Shown one piece after another: positions 50,862 through 63,006 of a stretch of 64,000 nucleotides of DNA; position 1 is the first letter of the stretch, and each line of letters begins with the position of its first letter. The stretch is from Perkinsus olseni (lineage: Eukaryota), in the NCBI GenBank assembly GCA_013115125.1, contig JABANN010000025.1:1-64000 (forward strand), read 5' to 3'. The position numbers and the translations under genes are program-made. The notes below the pieces were generated by a model. The model had not been told where the DNA came from. It worked only from the letters and a program-made list of their open reading frames with translations, and ran no database searches.

Positions 50862-51613
50862 AGTCTGCTGCACCTTGTTTAATGAGCAACAGTATCCATC
50901 TGCGTAACCATCTCTGCATGCCTTATCCTCATTTTCGGGACACTTTATACGTCATCATACACGTTCACGACACTTGAATGAAGGAGCCCCTGAGGAATCC
51001 GCTGGACAGCCCAGTCTTGTCGGACTGACTAGTTGGGCGGTCACTGCATAGAGTCTGTCGCTATTACCAAGCGTCGCATGCCCCGGATTGGGATATTTGT
51101 TCATGACATCTTCACTGCCAGCACCTGCGCTTTCACTGTCAGGTAGTGCAAGCTCACCGCTTCTCCTCGGCTACGTCAAAAGGTCCTCCACTTCTGTGCT
51201 GCGTATCACGCAGAATGGCTTCAATCGCTTGAATCGCTTATAGCGGAATAAACGTTTGCAGTTTACCAGGAGGCTCGAGTCCGTCGCTGTCAATTCAATC
51301 ACAACAGGCCCGCTGGGACTTCCCCTCGACTAAGTGGAGTCCACTCTGGTCTTAGGGGCACTCCCTTTTGACAGAAGGGCCGATCTAACGAATCGTTAGT
51401 AACGATGACTCCTCTTGGTCACCAAGACTCGGTGTCACCTGGGGTTGCGGGCTTCGGTTGACAACGACGGCGATTCTCATTCCTCAATTCTCATATTCCT
51501 CATTCCTCGCATATTCTTTTCAATTTGGAGCTACGCCCAGGGCGTGAGCCGGTGCTCTGGGGCTCTGATGATACCGGCCACTTCGTTCTCAGCAACTTCT
51601 TGAAACACCTTAT

Positions 51614-54150
51614 ATGACAGCGACATCTCTGGAGTATTTCGGGAAGGCCACGGAGAGTCTCACAGACATCAAGTTGGAAGATATTGATTTCGAGGTGACG
51701 CTCTGGCAGGCTTGCTTGTGCCCCCGCAAGGTCGTCGACAGCAACCTGTAGTATATTCTCACTCTCCCCAGGCGGTCGACAAGTGTACATCGGCCGCCAA
51801 GCTGGGTCGCTACATAACCCTTCTGGAGGCGGACGGTGGTTACTACCGGGAACTACTGACCAAGGCTAAGGAAAAGCTGCTAAGGGTCGATAGAAAGGCT
51901 TACTACAAGTACGATACAATCGGGATGAAATGTACTGAATCTTTGATTTTGCGTCTTCGGTATACCTGCGTTCTAGCCCATGCGCCTAGAGTAATTGATT
52001 TATATAACTATTTCCTCACGATCTGGAGTCCGTAGCTGCTGACAGCACTGCTCCTCGGAAGAGCATTTGAAAGAATTTTGCCCGTCAGCGCGATATTGCA
52101 GACAGCCACTGGGCTAGAGAGCAGTGGCGCCGGCAGTCCTCGCCTCAGGCTGGCTCTCACTAATTCTGTTGCATGCCTGCTCAGGCTCTATCCGAACTCA
52201 GTAGTCGCCTCCCCGAGGGAAGCTGCCGCTGCTAATTCTACTGTATTGATGTGGGAGCAAGAGCTCAAATCTGTCGACAGGGAAGCGCGCGAAAGGAGCG
52301 AGCAGGCCCCCTCTGGTCGTGTTGTCGGGGTGAGTCGACTGATTCACATCTTCGCAATTCTTCAGACCTGGGCATCGGCGGGAAAGCGTACCCGATCAGA
52401 GAGGTAGTCGCCTGCGATCAGCAGAGGCAGGAGCCCGTTGAACATGAGAGTGCAGCCAAGGAAGAAGCCGACGACAAGGCGAGGAACCCTTACGCCCGGG
52501 ATATGACGGCCATGAAGGATTACTACAGGGCTTGGGACAGGTCAGGTATATAGTGCTCGATAGGGTTGTGGCTGAAACGTCAACGTCTCGGTAGGACCAA
52601 TCATCACTGGTTATCAATCAGGTTCGATGTTGACGCTGCATGCGATGCCGTGGACGTGAAGGCGGCGAAGCAAGAGGAAGGGTATGCTGAACCAGAACTC
52701 GATGAGTTGTTGCAAAATATGAGTTTCACTCAATTCATTGGATAACATTGCACTCATCCTACGCGAAGTCTTCGTTATGTTCTTGCAGCGCATTCTCTGT
52801 TCAGTGTCGTCCCTCCTGTAGCCCCTCTGGATATCGACCAGGATCTGTCTCCCGAGCGGGTAGAGTCCATGTCGGCGGCAGAGAGAGCCGCGGAATGTGA
52901 GGCTGAGAAGATAAAGGGCAATGAGAGTTTTACCTCTGGGGAATTGGACGAGGCAGAGGTAGGCTCCATAAGCTTATGTCAGTTCATGGAACAATACCTC
53001 GTTCTCCAGTTACATTACTCGAGAGCCCTACGCCTCCGTTCGGATATCTCTGCTATCTGGTCGAACAGAGCTCTTGTACGACTCAAGCTTCGCCGACCTA
53101 AGGAAGGGCTGGAGGATGCCCAAAGAGCCATTGCGTTGGACTCGAAAAACTTGAAGGTATAGCTTGGGCCAGAGACGCTTTTTCTCGAAGTACCTGTACC
53201 GGAGGTACAGCGATAGAATGGAGAGTGCTCCTCTGACTTAGGCCTTCCATCGACGAGGAAAAGCTCGAGCGGAGCTCGGATACCTCGAAGAGGCGGTCAA
53301 AGACTTCCAGATAGCTCTCAGGTGAATCTATGGTGACGGGAGCACTCTATACACGATCCACGATGGAGCAGAAGTGTGATTCTGCTGTGTATGCAGGTTA
53401 CTCAACGAAAGCGGCGCAGAGCAGGGCGTAATAGCGAAGGTCAATGCTGACCTCGCTACAGCCCGTCGCGAGCTGCTCACCAAACAGCGCGAGCAACCGA
53501 AAGACGAGAACGAAGATGAAGAGCCGAAAATACAGGAGATTTTCGACGAATCACCGAACATGTGAGCGGACTCCGCTCAGCGGAGCATTGTCTTGGCTGA
53601 TGGTGTGACACCATTGGTGTCATCCTCGATTTTCCTTGGGAAAGTCGGTTGCTGTCTGACGTTCCCAATGGGCTGTTGATTCCGCTTTCCTGACTTGCTC
53701 GTGTTGCATGTTGTGAAGGAGCACCAAGGCTCTAAAATGTGAGTCGCTGATGCTCGGTCGAGAAGAAATACATCCCGTATGTGAAAATAATACTGCGGCA
53801 GGTTTCATTGTTTAGCCAGGATGATTAGTCTGAGACTCCTTCCGAAGGGGAGACTTCGGCGACAGCTCACACTCTGTCTCGCTTCAGCTCGCAAGACCAT
53901 CGAGGCGACGCAAAATCGAGCGAGTTCAGGCGTATCTCCATAGTCGACGAGGACACAGAAACTGAAGACGAAGAACGAGAGGTCCCATCTGTTTGCGGAG
54001 GGATTGCTGAAGTCCTGTGGCGTTGATTCGGTGCAGTCAGCTTTGAGGCCACCGAGTCTCTGTGCATTCTAGGTGTCACAGGGATGTACTGCTTCCGCCG
54101 GAGGATGGAGGAAGGTCGAGGTCTTAGAAGACTCCTCTGAAGAGGACTGA
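51614..54150 (+). CDS. SPAG1: SPAG1/RPAP3-like TPR co-chaperone (axonemal dynein assembly factor family)
   Basis: IDFE|AVDKCTSAAKLGRYITLLEADGGYYRELL resembles the SPAG1 N-terminus. Also MWEQELK, DYYRAWDR|FDVD and the TPR region EKIKGNESF...YSRALRL...WSNRALVRLKL...AIALDSKNLK|AFHRRGKA. Confidence 0.75.
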
Positions 54151-54578
54151 CCAACCCATTGATGCTGTCGTCTCACAGTAACGAGTAGCACTACCCATAA
54201 GTGTATTGCATTCTCCCACTCCGTGCTAGGGAAGGTGAAAGCATGTCGAGCTCGCCTCAGCCCCCTCCCAGTTGTCAGGCTGGCTTTTCATGCAGCACGT
54301 GCCCCGCTTGCGTTTGGTCCTCAATGGGTAATCGGACTAGTCACGTTTGTATGAATGAATAGAACATAATATGTCCCACATACTCTTTATGAGTCATAAA
54401 TTATGGCAGATCAAGCCTAGTTCTGTACCGAGTTCTGAGGTCCCGAACGCCGCCCTCGGGTCGCGTAACAGGATACACTGGCAACACAACAGCAAATTAA
54501 CTTTGCCAAACCTTTGCATTTCAGCAATATTACAATCTCGCGCAACGAATTCTCGGCGGTAGCTCAACTTCTGTGTAG

Positions 54579-55141
54579 CTAGTCCCACGGCAGGTACAGC
54601 ATCACCATACCTCCGGTCTTGACCGGTTCTTCACGCTCCTCGGACAACGGACCATCAAGGATAAACCACGGAGCTTCCGCCCACCTCTCATCAAGAAGCA
54701 CCGGTTCGGAGGTCACCTGAGGCTCAGCGGGTGACGCTGCAGGCTTGCGGTGTAGCGTGCAGTGGTCACTCCAAGCAGCTGCCACCCTATTACACCCCTC
54801 GACCTTACATCCCTTGCCGCCTCCGTGCCTCTGACACATCTGGACCTTCCCTCCAGACCTGGCCGGGGCCCCACAATTGGGGTGCAAACAGCGACGGCCA
54901 CCTCCGTGGGTCTTGCAGAGATCCGTGTTACCAACCGCACTCTTACCGCAATTATTAGCGGCACAACGACGACCACCTCCGTGCTTGATGCAATGCAGAG
55001 AGCCATCACGAGCAGCCGTCTTGCACCTGGTCCTCCACCGTGGTTGATGCAGAAGTACGAACCGGTACGGACGCGTTTCTCACAGTTCGGCACGCTGCAC
55101 GTGATTCCGAGAGAAACTCGCACAGAGGAGTCGTTGCGCAT
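54579..55141 (-). pseudogene. Intronless HGGG-repeat (WRKY19-like) zinc-finger paralog with a frameshift
   Basis: CSVPNCEKRVRTGSYFCINHGGGP, then a frame change at about 55030, then RCKTAARDGSLHCIKHGGGRRCAANNCGKSAVGNTDLCKTHGGGRRC..CQRHGGGKGCKVEGC. Confidence 0.7.
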
Positions 55142-55919
55142 AGCGTTCTTGCTTGTGGGGTTTCATTTGCTAAATCGATTTCGACTTCCGTCCATTACGC
55201 CGGCATTTCGCGAACGTAACAGCCGCACTGTCCAGGAACTTCGAATTAACAACAAAATTCTTTTCTTGTGATCGTATGTTTGCATAATCATGATTAATTA
55301 CACATCCTCGCGTGGAATTCTCGCCGAGAACATGGCGCGATAAGTAGACATCATCTTCATCATCTAAATATTACCGTGGGTGCAATATCATGTCAACTGT
55401 ACAACTTCAACCGTGCTCTTGGTGGAGTCGCAGAGCGAATTCCGCAATTCTAACCAGTATTGTGAATAGTCTCGTGCTTCTCAATGCAACCTCGTACAAA
55501 GATGGCGATGTCATAACAACAATGCGTTCTTTCCTCGTTATCTCGAGTCTCGTCTTCGTGCCACCAAGAGCTTTTGGTACACATCAAGTTGTTTGCAAGT
55601 GCTTAGGGAAGCATACTTGCAACACAAACCGGTAGGACGAATCACATCGCGCACCACATCGTCATGCACAACTGCATGATAGCATGCATTGGTGAAGTAC
55701 AACTGTACTCACGCGCGGGAATGACTATGTCATCATGATCGTCAGGGTCTTCATATCCCATTATACATAAACCGGGCGAAAGGGTGTGTATACATAGTAA
55801 CCTCCTCCTCAGCCTCCTCGTCTTCCTCACTCCTGAGGAAAAAAGAGATAAATCGAGCCTGACAATTCTATAGCAGAGGTGATATAGGATTTCAGGCGAC
55901 AACGGGAAACGAACAGTTC

Positions 55920-56869
55920 TTACTCCGAATCCTCCAGCTCATCTGGCGTGTCGCATGGCGACGGTAGATCTGGATCACCAACTGTGAACAATAAGGGAGG
56001 GCCCAGATCTTCGGCATTACGAAAATCCTCGAGGAAAATGTTCAGAGGCGGGACAGTTATATCTGTCGCTGTGAAACTTGGCCTCGTACTCTCTCTGACC
56101 AGGTTCTTCGAGTTTCTTCCCTTCTTGCCCGCAGCTTCCCCTTTCTTCAGCGTCCCACTAGCTCTTCCTTTCTGCCCAGTTCTTTTTTTCTCTTCTTGGT
56201 CACCACCATCAATATGTCGGTGTTCCGAACAGTAGTCACTTCGAGCTGCGGCACTGCGCCCACATGCTGAGAGGAAGACGACAAATAGCAGCTTGCGCCT
56301 ATGATATATCGTGAAAATCATCACTGACACGGTAGAAAGATGTTTCTGTGTACTTACTTGGAAGAGCGCACCTCTTGCCTCCTCCGTGCTTCATGCACAT
56401 CTGCGGTTGGCCTGGACGCGCAGCAGAAAAGCATCCTGGGAAGGTGCATCGTCTGCCTCCTCCGTGGGCTTTGCAGAAGTCGGTCGAGCCGACCGCACTC
56501 TTGGTGCAGCCAGGCTCCCCGCACCTTCGACCTCCGCCATGAGCAATGCAGTAGATGCTCCCATGCCGAGCAGACGTCGTGCAACCCGCACGCTGAGAAG
56601 GAAATCATCTTTCGCTGAACATTGCAATGAGGAGTAGCTTCTTCGCTCACCTCGCACGTGTTCCCCCCTCCGTGACTTATACAATAGCTCGCGCCCGTAC
56701 GGACCTGACAGTCACTTCAGGGAGCACGTGAGACATATCGTCGACTCACCTGTCGCTCGCACCCCACGGCTTTACAAATCTTGGACGCGCTGGTCGCTGG
56801 TGGTTTGCGCACTCGTTTGAGGTTGTTGCCTGGGCCGGCAGACGAGGGCGCGGCAGTCTTCACTACCAT
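55920..56869 (-). CDS. HGGG-repeat (WRKY19-like) zinc-finger protein, 4 exons
   Basis: CKAVGCERQ|VRTGASYCISHGGGNTCE|RAGCTTSARHGSIYCIAHGGGRRCGEPGCTKSAVGSTDFCKAHGGGRRC..CMKHGGGKRCALP|ACGRSAAARSDYCSEH. Confidence 0.85.
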
Positions 56870-57119
56870 GTTTTAAGAAGATGTGCACGTTATCCTGAGG
56901 GAGCTCTCTCATCAGCTGGACCTCACGACGGGAGATCTAATTGACCAACGCAATTCTCAGGGAAGTAAACAACGAGACCGTTTACGCAGATCAGCACTCA
57001 TCTCGTGCTGCCCAACATGGCTTCATGGGCCCGAAAATTGTGAACATGGCCGCAAAGAGGTGAACGAGCGGATGAATGGAGGCCAGTGGTCGCCCCTGTA
57101 CTCCCAACATACAGCCCAG

Positions 57120-58942
57120 CTACTCTGTTCTGCGACGTTTATATAGCTGCTCCTTCAGCGCTGCGCAGAACTCCCGTGGCTTGCGATGAGCGATCTTGTT
57201 GAGAACCCATCGGGGCACTCCGTTCGGATCGACATGTGAAACCATTGTGAGCTGAGTGCCTGACAACGACCAGCGACCAAACCCTTCTGGTGATACAGTC
57301 TTACCATTCTCGGTCTGCTGCATGAGTTGGCAAGATATGAAAAGATGAGCTCGCTCATACCCAGGTGTACAAGGAACCCTGAGGAGGAATATGTGAACCA
57401 GGAAGACCGGTCAGTGTGCCTCACCGATCTAGCCTATGGGCCACGGGAATGGACGATCCCGCTATAATGTGCATACCTGGTTTGCTGAATATGTTGCGAC
57501 AGCGCAGGCGGAGCTCAGCGACCTCCCTGGGCTTGAAACCAAGAGTCTGAGAAAGAAATGGAGCTAGTCCAGTCGAAGTTTGACCGTCGAACCTTAGCTA
57601 CCTTGGCAAAAGTGGGCATTCTATATTGAGTGAGCCACACCTTGGAGTCGATGTATTCCTGGCCCGGCAACGGCGTGGGCTCTGCCGCGGGCGGGAAGTC
57701 GAACTCATCCCAAGCGTAAGCCCTTGCACATTCGACGTCTTCGTGCCAGGTACCAATCCAATCCTTGTCCGAGAGGGCTTCGAAAACTGCATCGGCAGAA
57801 ACACCAGAGATGTGGCACACGAGCTTCACGCATGGCATAGAACCATCGCCATCGGGGCACTCCTTCTCCTTGCACCAAATCGTGAACTCTTCCGAAGCCT
57901 CGATGAGGTTGTCGAAGATTTCGTGGGTAGACACTTGCCACGCCTTCTCCTTGATCACAAGGCATGCAGCAGGCAGCGGCACCCGCTGCGGCGGTAGCAC
58001 CAGTGACAGTCGGCTGAGAGATGCCGAGTTGCCGCGACACGATATAAAGTTGGCACCACGAGAGACGGATAGGACCGATTCACTCCCGGTTGATAGTATT
58101 GATGGACGCTGCATGAATAACCATGATGACGACGGGGAATGATCGTTGGTGACTGCCTTCGAGGATAAGGCCGACATGAAGCTCACCATCTGGGCGGGGG
58201 CCGTCGCACTACATATCGAATGGAACTACCAGGAGACTCACATCACTGCCTACCATCATCTCACTATGCTCTCACCGAGCGTGATGGCGAGTCATCGAAG
58301 TAAGGCGCGGCCTTCAAGTCGACCGAATAGCGACTCCTCCCTTGGAAGTACTGACAGGAAAACACGTATGAGCTTCACAGTTGGATTGCCTCACACTGTT
58401 GGCAGTTGCAGCATACATCCTTAGAGGAATGTTTGGCACAGCTGAGGGGTCACTTGCACCGGCCAGCATATCACGACCGTCTTCGTCTACCGCCATATCA
58501 TCGGAAGTGGAACCCGGACAACTCTATCACGCGCTCAAATCACCAATTGACAACACCACAAGAAATCACACAGGGTGAGAAACTTCCAGAATGAGGAACA
58601 GACACAAAATTGCACCAGGGTGTCCGTATTGTAGAGAAGGCCTACGGCCGTAGGTCCTCCAGATTACGAAGAGACTCCAGCAACAACTGCCCATACCCGC
58701 TGTCATCACGTACATACGGCCAAGTGTAACAGAGCAGGCCTAACGGAGACAGCACAGAAACTACCTTGAGAATAGGAGAAACAAGCAAGTTGCCAATACA
58801 TCGAGGCTCGAAGGGAATCCCTGAATGAGACGACCGCGTCGAGCTAAAAGATACATTGTCGAATGTATACAATAACAGCTTAGATGTAGTAAGCTGGAAA
58901 GGAAAAACCTAGACAAAACAGTAGGCGACGGGTAGTTGCCAT
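57120..58942 (-). CDS. START/SRPBCC lipid-transfer domain protein
   Basis: VKLVCHISGVSADAVFEALSDKDWIGTWHE and TQLTMVSHVDPNGVPRWVLNKIA match the START pattern DP.G..P.W..N. The start codon is uncertain. Confidence 0.75.
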
Positions 58943-59361
58943 GAGTGGTCCTGTACGACCAAGAGGCAGAGGCCAGCCAGCGTCATCGATCGGCACATGT
59001 TCAGAGAGGATCCTCTAAGGTGTTGTGAACTGATCGTGATGATCGAGGGGAGTACACACTAACCCTCACAGCAACGATACCGCTCACAACGTATCCACAC
59101 GCAAGTACTCGACAGCCGAGTACTACACTTCTGATAGACGACCGATAACGTCAGGAAGCCTGTTACTCGCATTTAAAGGGTAAACGGAGTCGCCGAAAGG
59201 GCAGCAACGATCCGACTGGACGACGTATAGATTAGGATAATCATATAAGAATCAAACTGTGTAACTCTCGTCGGAATGAGGCCTCCTGCCACTAGTGCTT
59301 CTGTGGAGCCTCACGACGTGGGCGCATAAACCGCACATGAGAATTCAACCACCGCCATCTT

Positions 59362-60674
59362 CAACAGCCCATTGCCATAGCCAACTGACACATAGCAGGT
59401 AAGGGTTGATGATGTCGGTGACCTAGAGCAACGCGGCTCGAGCCAGCGTTGTCAAAATGTACAGACCGACGAATAGAGTCTTGTAGAACCGCATAAGCGA
59501 CGAAGAAGAGGAATCAGAGGAAACACAGGGGGCCACAACCACAGGCGAGACATCTAATCCTCGTAGTGCTCCTCGGAATACATTCTCGGCCTTCTATAAG
59601 TCGGAGTTTGGACCTGAGCACCGAGGTGGTGGAACACAGGGGCGGCCTCCCACGAAGCTTACCATGGAGCAAGAGGCAGATCTTCTCACACCGAAGCTGC
59701 TACTAGGAGTCATCACTTGCTGCTGTGGATGGGTGTAATACTCAGGGGCAGCAGCGTAACAGGGAGACTCCGGCTGAGGAAAAACAAATGGTCATACCGG
59801 CGTCGAAAGCTAGAGCCGTATTACCTCCCACTGAGGTTGCTGAACAACATAATAGGCACCTGGAGTGCTGACGTAACAAGGAGAGGAGTAACAAACAGGG
59901 CTATAGTAGACCGGGAGGGGACCATAACAATTCGAGTAGGACTGAGCAGAGAAAGCACGAGTCGCGAGGGATGTCCGAGACGCGTGCTTACCACAGCCAT
60001 GGACGGCAAGGAGCCAGTCGACGCTCGCTTGGGTAGACCGTAAGGAGGCATCTGGGGGCTCACACCGTTACGAGAAAAAGAACAGTATCGAGGGCTGGCA
60101 GGGGGCGAGCACGAAGAGAGACTCTGCAGAACAACCAAGGCAATAACGAATACTTGATCATTGACTAGAAGCCCCTACGTCTGAGTCACCAGCAGAGGTC
60201 AGCTCGGCAGCGCTTTTCTCTGCCTCTCTCTTTCGCATCCTGAGCAACTTCTGCTGGGCTTTAGCCTCAGCGCGTCGCTTCGTAATAAGACTCGGATCGT
60301 TATGCTCCTTCAAGCTGTGAGCGAATCTAACGACAGACACCAAGATACGGAACTCACAGCAACAGCAGCGGCAGCGATAGTCCTACCTGCAGGAGTTCTC
60401 CAGACGACACTTTCCTCGCTTGAAGTGATCGCACAGAGGCTTCGTCTTGGCTGGCTCCTGGCAGCAAAGACCACTACATAGAAAACAAGACCAGAACCCA
60501 CACTACCTTAGCCGACACATCGCTTTGAGTGGAGCCAGAATTACTTATATCGTCCTGGACACCCGGAACGGCCGGCTTGATCTCAACTGCAGAATACCCT
60601 TCACTCACGGCTTCTGGGTACGATTCGCTCGATGACGCTACGTCGGCAGTGCTCTCGATTCTAATAGATGACAT
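59362..60674 (-). CDS. CCCH zinc-finger protein (paralog A)
   Basis: KTKPLCDHFKRGKCRLENSC|RFAHSLKEH gives C-x7-C-x5-C-x3-H. The 3' end is approximate. Confidence 0.75.
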
Positions 60675-60795
60675 TACAGATGCTACCGATCGGCAGTTAA
60701 AATTGAGCTGTACAAGCTGCATAAGGTGCATCACATCTATTCGCGGAACACGACACCTTCAACAACGAAGCAGTGGCGATGGTGCTTAACGGCCA

Positions 60796-62077
60796 TCAGT
60801 CTGTGGGCTGATACGCACCGAAGGCGTAGTTCATAATCAGTGCTTTTGAAAGAAATACTAGTGAGTGAAAAAAATGCTTCCATTTGATGGAGGGCCGAGT
60901 CATCGCGAGCTTAGGGATGCCCGCTAGAAATAGCGATATGTATACACATAGGACGAGACAAGAAACACTCGTCGGTATTTTGAAAGTAAAACGACGACCG
61001 ACACAAAGGACCAGCCCACGGTTAAATATATAGCCAGGTACTGGACGGACAGCTGGCTTCACCAAATCGTAATTATAATAATAGTCAGACTTAGATGATG
61101 CCATCAATCTTCGTAAAACTCCGGCTCAGCAGCACGCAATTGCTCAGCCGTATAAACAGCCAAGGACAACTGAGCGACAATGTCACCGTTATACCGAGCG
61201 TGGGAGGGTAAGCTCCTACCTGGTACGCCGCCCAGCCTAAGGCATCACTTGCACGCTCGGTGGTACAGGTCGAAGCCTGAGCATCAGAAATCAGGAACCC
61301 CCTCGAACTACGCTTGTCGAGAAACTACTCACCTTCGTCGGAACAGTGATACAGCTCCTAGACCTTGGCCTTTGCTTTGGACCGCCACTCAAGCTTAGGT
61401 CTAGACGGCCGGAAGAACTTCTCTCAGCCTCAGTAGGAGGCGCGCTCTTCGTGGTCCTCGTATGAGTAGGTACAGAACTCTTCAAGAGAGATGGGACAAG
61501 CTGAACAGGGTGGTGGACAAGTCAGCCAAAGCGCGACCACCGCTCGAAGACGGAAATGCGACCAAAAACCGTTAGGCGAGCGAAATACGCGCTCCCAGCG
61601 TCACGCGCCACAAAATTAGACCACGAAAAACAAACAACTTAGCAAACCAACTCACCAGTCTTGATGTCGGGCGCAGCAGCTGCGCTGCGACAGAAGAAGC
61701 AACAACCGGGACACTGTCCTCCGACCTCCCCTCTTGCTGCTGCTTCTCTTCCTCCTTCGCACGACGTGAATCGACCAGCTCAGGATGATGGTACTCCTTC
61801 AGAGAGTGGGCAAAACGACAGGCGTTGCCCAACCTGCACCGATCGTTCTTAAAGTACTCGCAGATGGGTCTGTAGGCAGCAGCAGTGGTAGACCAGGAAG
61901 AGCGTCCACGGTCCTAAAGAAAAGGATGGTAAGGCATTAGTCTTGAAGTTGACGCCGCCAATAGCGGAGTGAATTCGAAGCTGCGCCGCGAGATGACCAG
62001 GACTAGCACACTTGTTACTAGCGTGATCGGTACACCGCGGCAGTGGACAGAGGTGAGTGGACTCAGTGGCTTACATG
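60796..62077 (-). CDS. CCCH zinc-finger protein (paralog B)
   Basis: YRPICEYFKNDRCRLGNACRFAHSLKEYHHPELVDSRRAKEE parallels paralog A. Both ends are approximate. Confidence 0.7.
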
Positions 62078-63006
62078 GTCAGCCGAGGATCTCCTTGCAG
62101 AATGTCGACTCGGATACTTCTGACGTTTAAAGGGCATTAGAGTCACTTAAGAATGATAACTTCACAAGCGGAGTGATAGGAGATGTTGTTGCACGCATGG
62201 CCAGCGGCACGTGTGCAGGGCGAGCGAAAATTCGCCTCATCGCTGACGATCGACAATCTGGGAATCGAAGCCTCGATAAAGAGCCAAACGTATCGATCGG
62301 GTGCTCTACAGGGTACGGCAGGGTCGTACATATTGAGCCCGGGCATTGAGCATCCAAGAGCGGAGTACAGACGAAGCAGCTGCATCTCTCGACGTGGGGG
62401 CGCGCCCTGAAATCGTTTCAACAACACTCAGTGCGACTCTTGCAATCTTGCTGTTTCTCAAATTCACACGGCGCTCCTTGTCAAGGCACCTGGATCGCGT
62501 CGTGGCAAACAGCATCACCCCGTGCAGCGTTAGCCATCCGCCCGACCTTGTTTGGCACACGAGGATGTCAATAGACCGTTGCTCTCGCGTTGAGTATCCA
62601 CGTCGAGTTTCGCCGAACCTGGCTCCTGGAAGCCCAAGATAAGGCGACGTAACCCCCGTCATGTTGTGTCAGTGGAGGCTCATCACTCGGCAGCATCACA
62701 CCGCTTACTGCTCGGCGGTGGTTACACGAGTATGGGTACGATACTGTTGAGTTTTCCAGCGATTTTATCGTTGTAATCACATGTCAACACAACCACCACG
62801 TATAGGAGGTGGTCTTTTTTCGAAGTCCCGGCAAGAAGGTCGGAAGGCCAATGCTGATGGAGATGGGAAGCCTCAAGAGGGTGATATGGGGAAGGTAGTA
62901 AAGGGAAGGGCCAACATCCTCCAGTGACTTCAGCTCGATCATTTCGGCTTGTTGAAAGACCGTCACTAGTGTGCTAGGTGGAAGTCGCCTTAAATTCTTC
63001 CCTCAG

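Noticed and set aside
62100-62980. Retroelement RNase H or integrase remnant
   Set aside because: The resemblance is weak with no catalytic motifs. The region may instead hold upstream exons of the gene at 63007.
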